In this document: one piece after another, positions 63,858-64,000 of the stretch
How positions within the stretch are numbered: position 1 is the stretch's first letter
Layout: each line of letters begins with the position of its first letter
Assembly: GCA_002269645.1 (NCBI GenBank)
Contig: NIVC01003101.1
Location: 1-64,000, forward strand
Source of the DNA: Macrostomum lignano
Taxonomy: Eukaryota
Length of the DNA: 64,000 bases
Direction of reading: 5' to 3'
Made by a program: the position numbers and the translations under genes
Notes under the pieces: model-generated
Seen by the model: only the letters and a program-made list of their open reading frames with translations
Database searches by the model: none
Told to the model about the DNA's origin: nothing

Positions 63858-64000
63858 CGCACTCATTGTGGACCAATCAGAAATCAGTGTGCACTCTTTG
63901 TGGACCAATCAGAAACCAGTGTGCACTCATTGTGGACCAATCAGAAATCAGTGTGCACTCTTTGTGGACCAATCAGAAACCAGTGTGCACTCATTGTGGA
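63858..64000. repeat. 32 bp minisatellite (tgtggaccaatcagaaatcagtgtgcactctt) with alternating dimer variants
   Basis: 4.5 copies to the window end, in the intron of the MFS gene. Confidence 0.9.

Overview
Eukaryotic (metazoan) genomic DNA. GC3-rich exons, AT-rich 5' gene ends and introns packed with unrelated minisatellites resemble the free-living flatworm Macrostomum lignano (inference from sequence style, not a database match). Nine protein-coding genes can be reconstructed by hand with phase-consistent splice sites. They are: the 5' end of a class I PITP (minus); a 500-aa myristoylation-motif protein made of four copies of an unassigned ~100-aa domain (plus, with a GC-AG intron); a 10-exon MAP4K3/5-like kinase with a CNH domain and an apparent 1-nt frameshift (plus); an orphan 134-aa single-pass membrane protein (minus); a 7-exon MAPK15/ERK7 (minus); a tight same-strand cluster ALR/ERV1 - ATPIF1 - PGLS (plus) that looks like a trans-spliced operon; and the last exon of an MFS/MCT-like transporter (minus). 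Most long ORFs in the supplied track are artefacts of tandem repeats or antisense shadows of GC-rich exons. Non-coding structure includes more than 25 minisatellite/microsatellite arrays, several MITEs with clear TIRs/TSDs, three foldback-type inverted-repeat elements (one triply nested), CpG-depleted first introns, and a pair of inverted repeats bracketing the whole MAP4K gene. No CRISPR array, rRNA or credible tRNA was found. All coordinates and counts were derived by hand.
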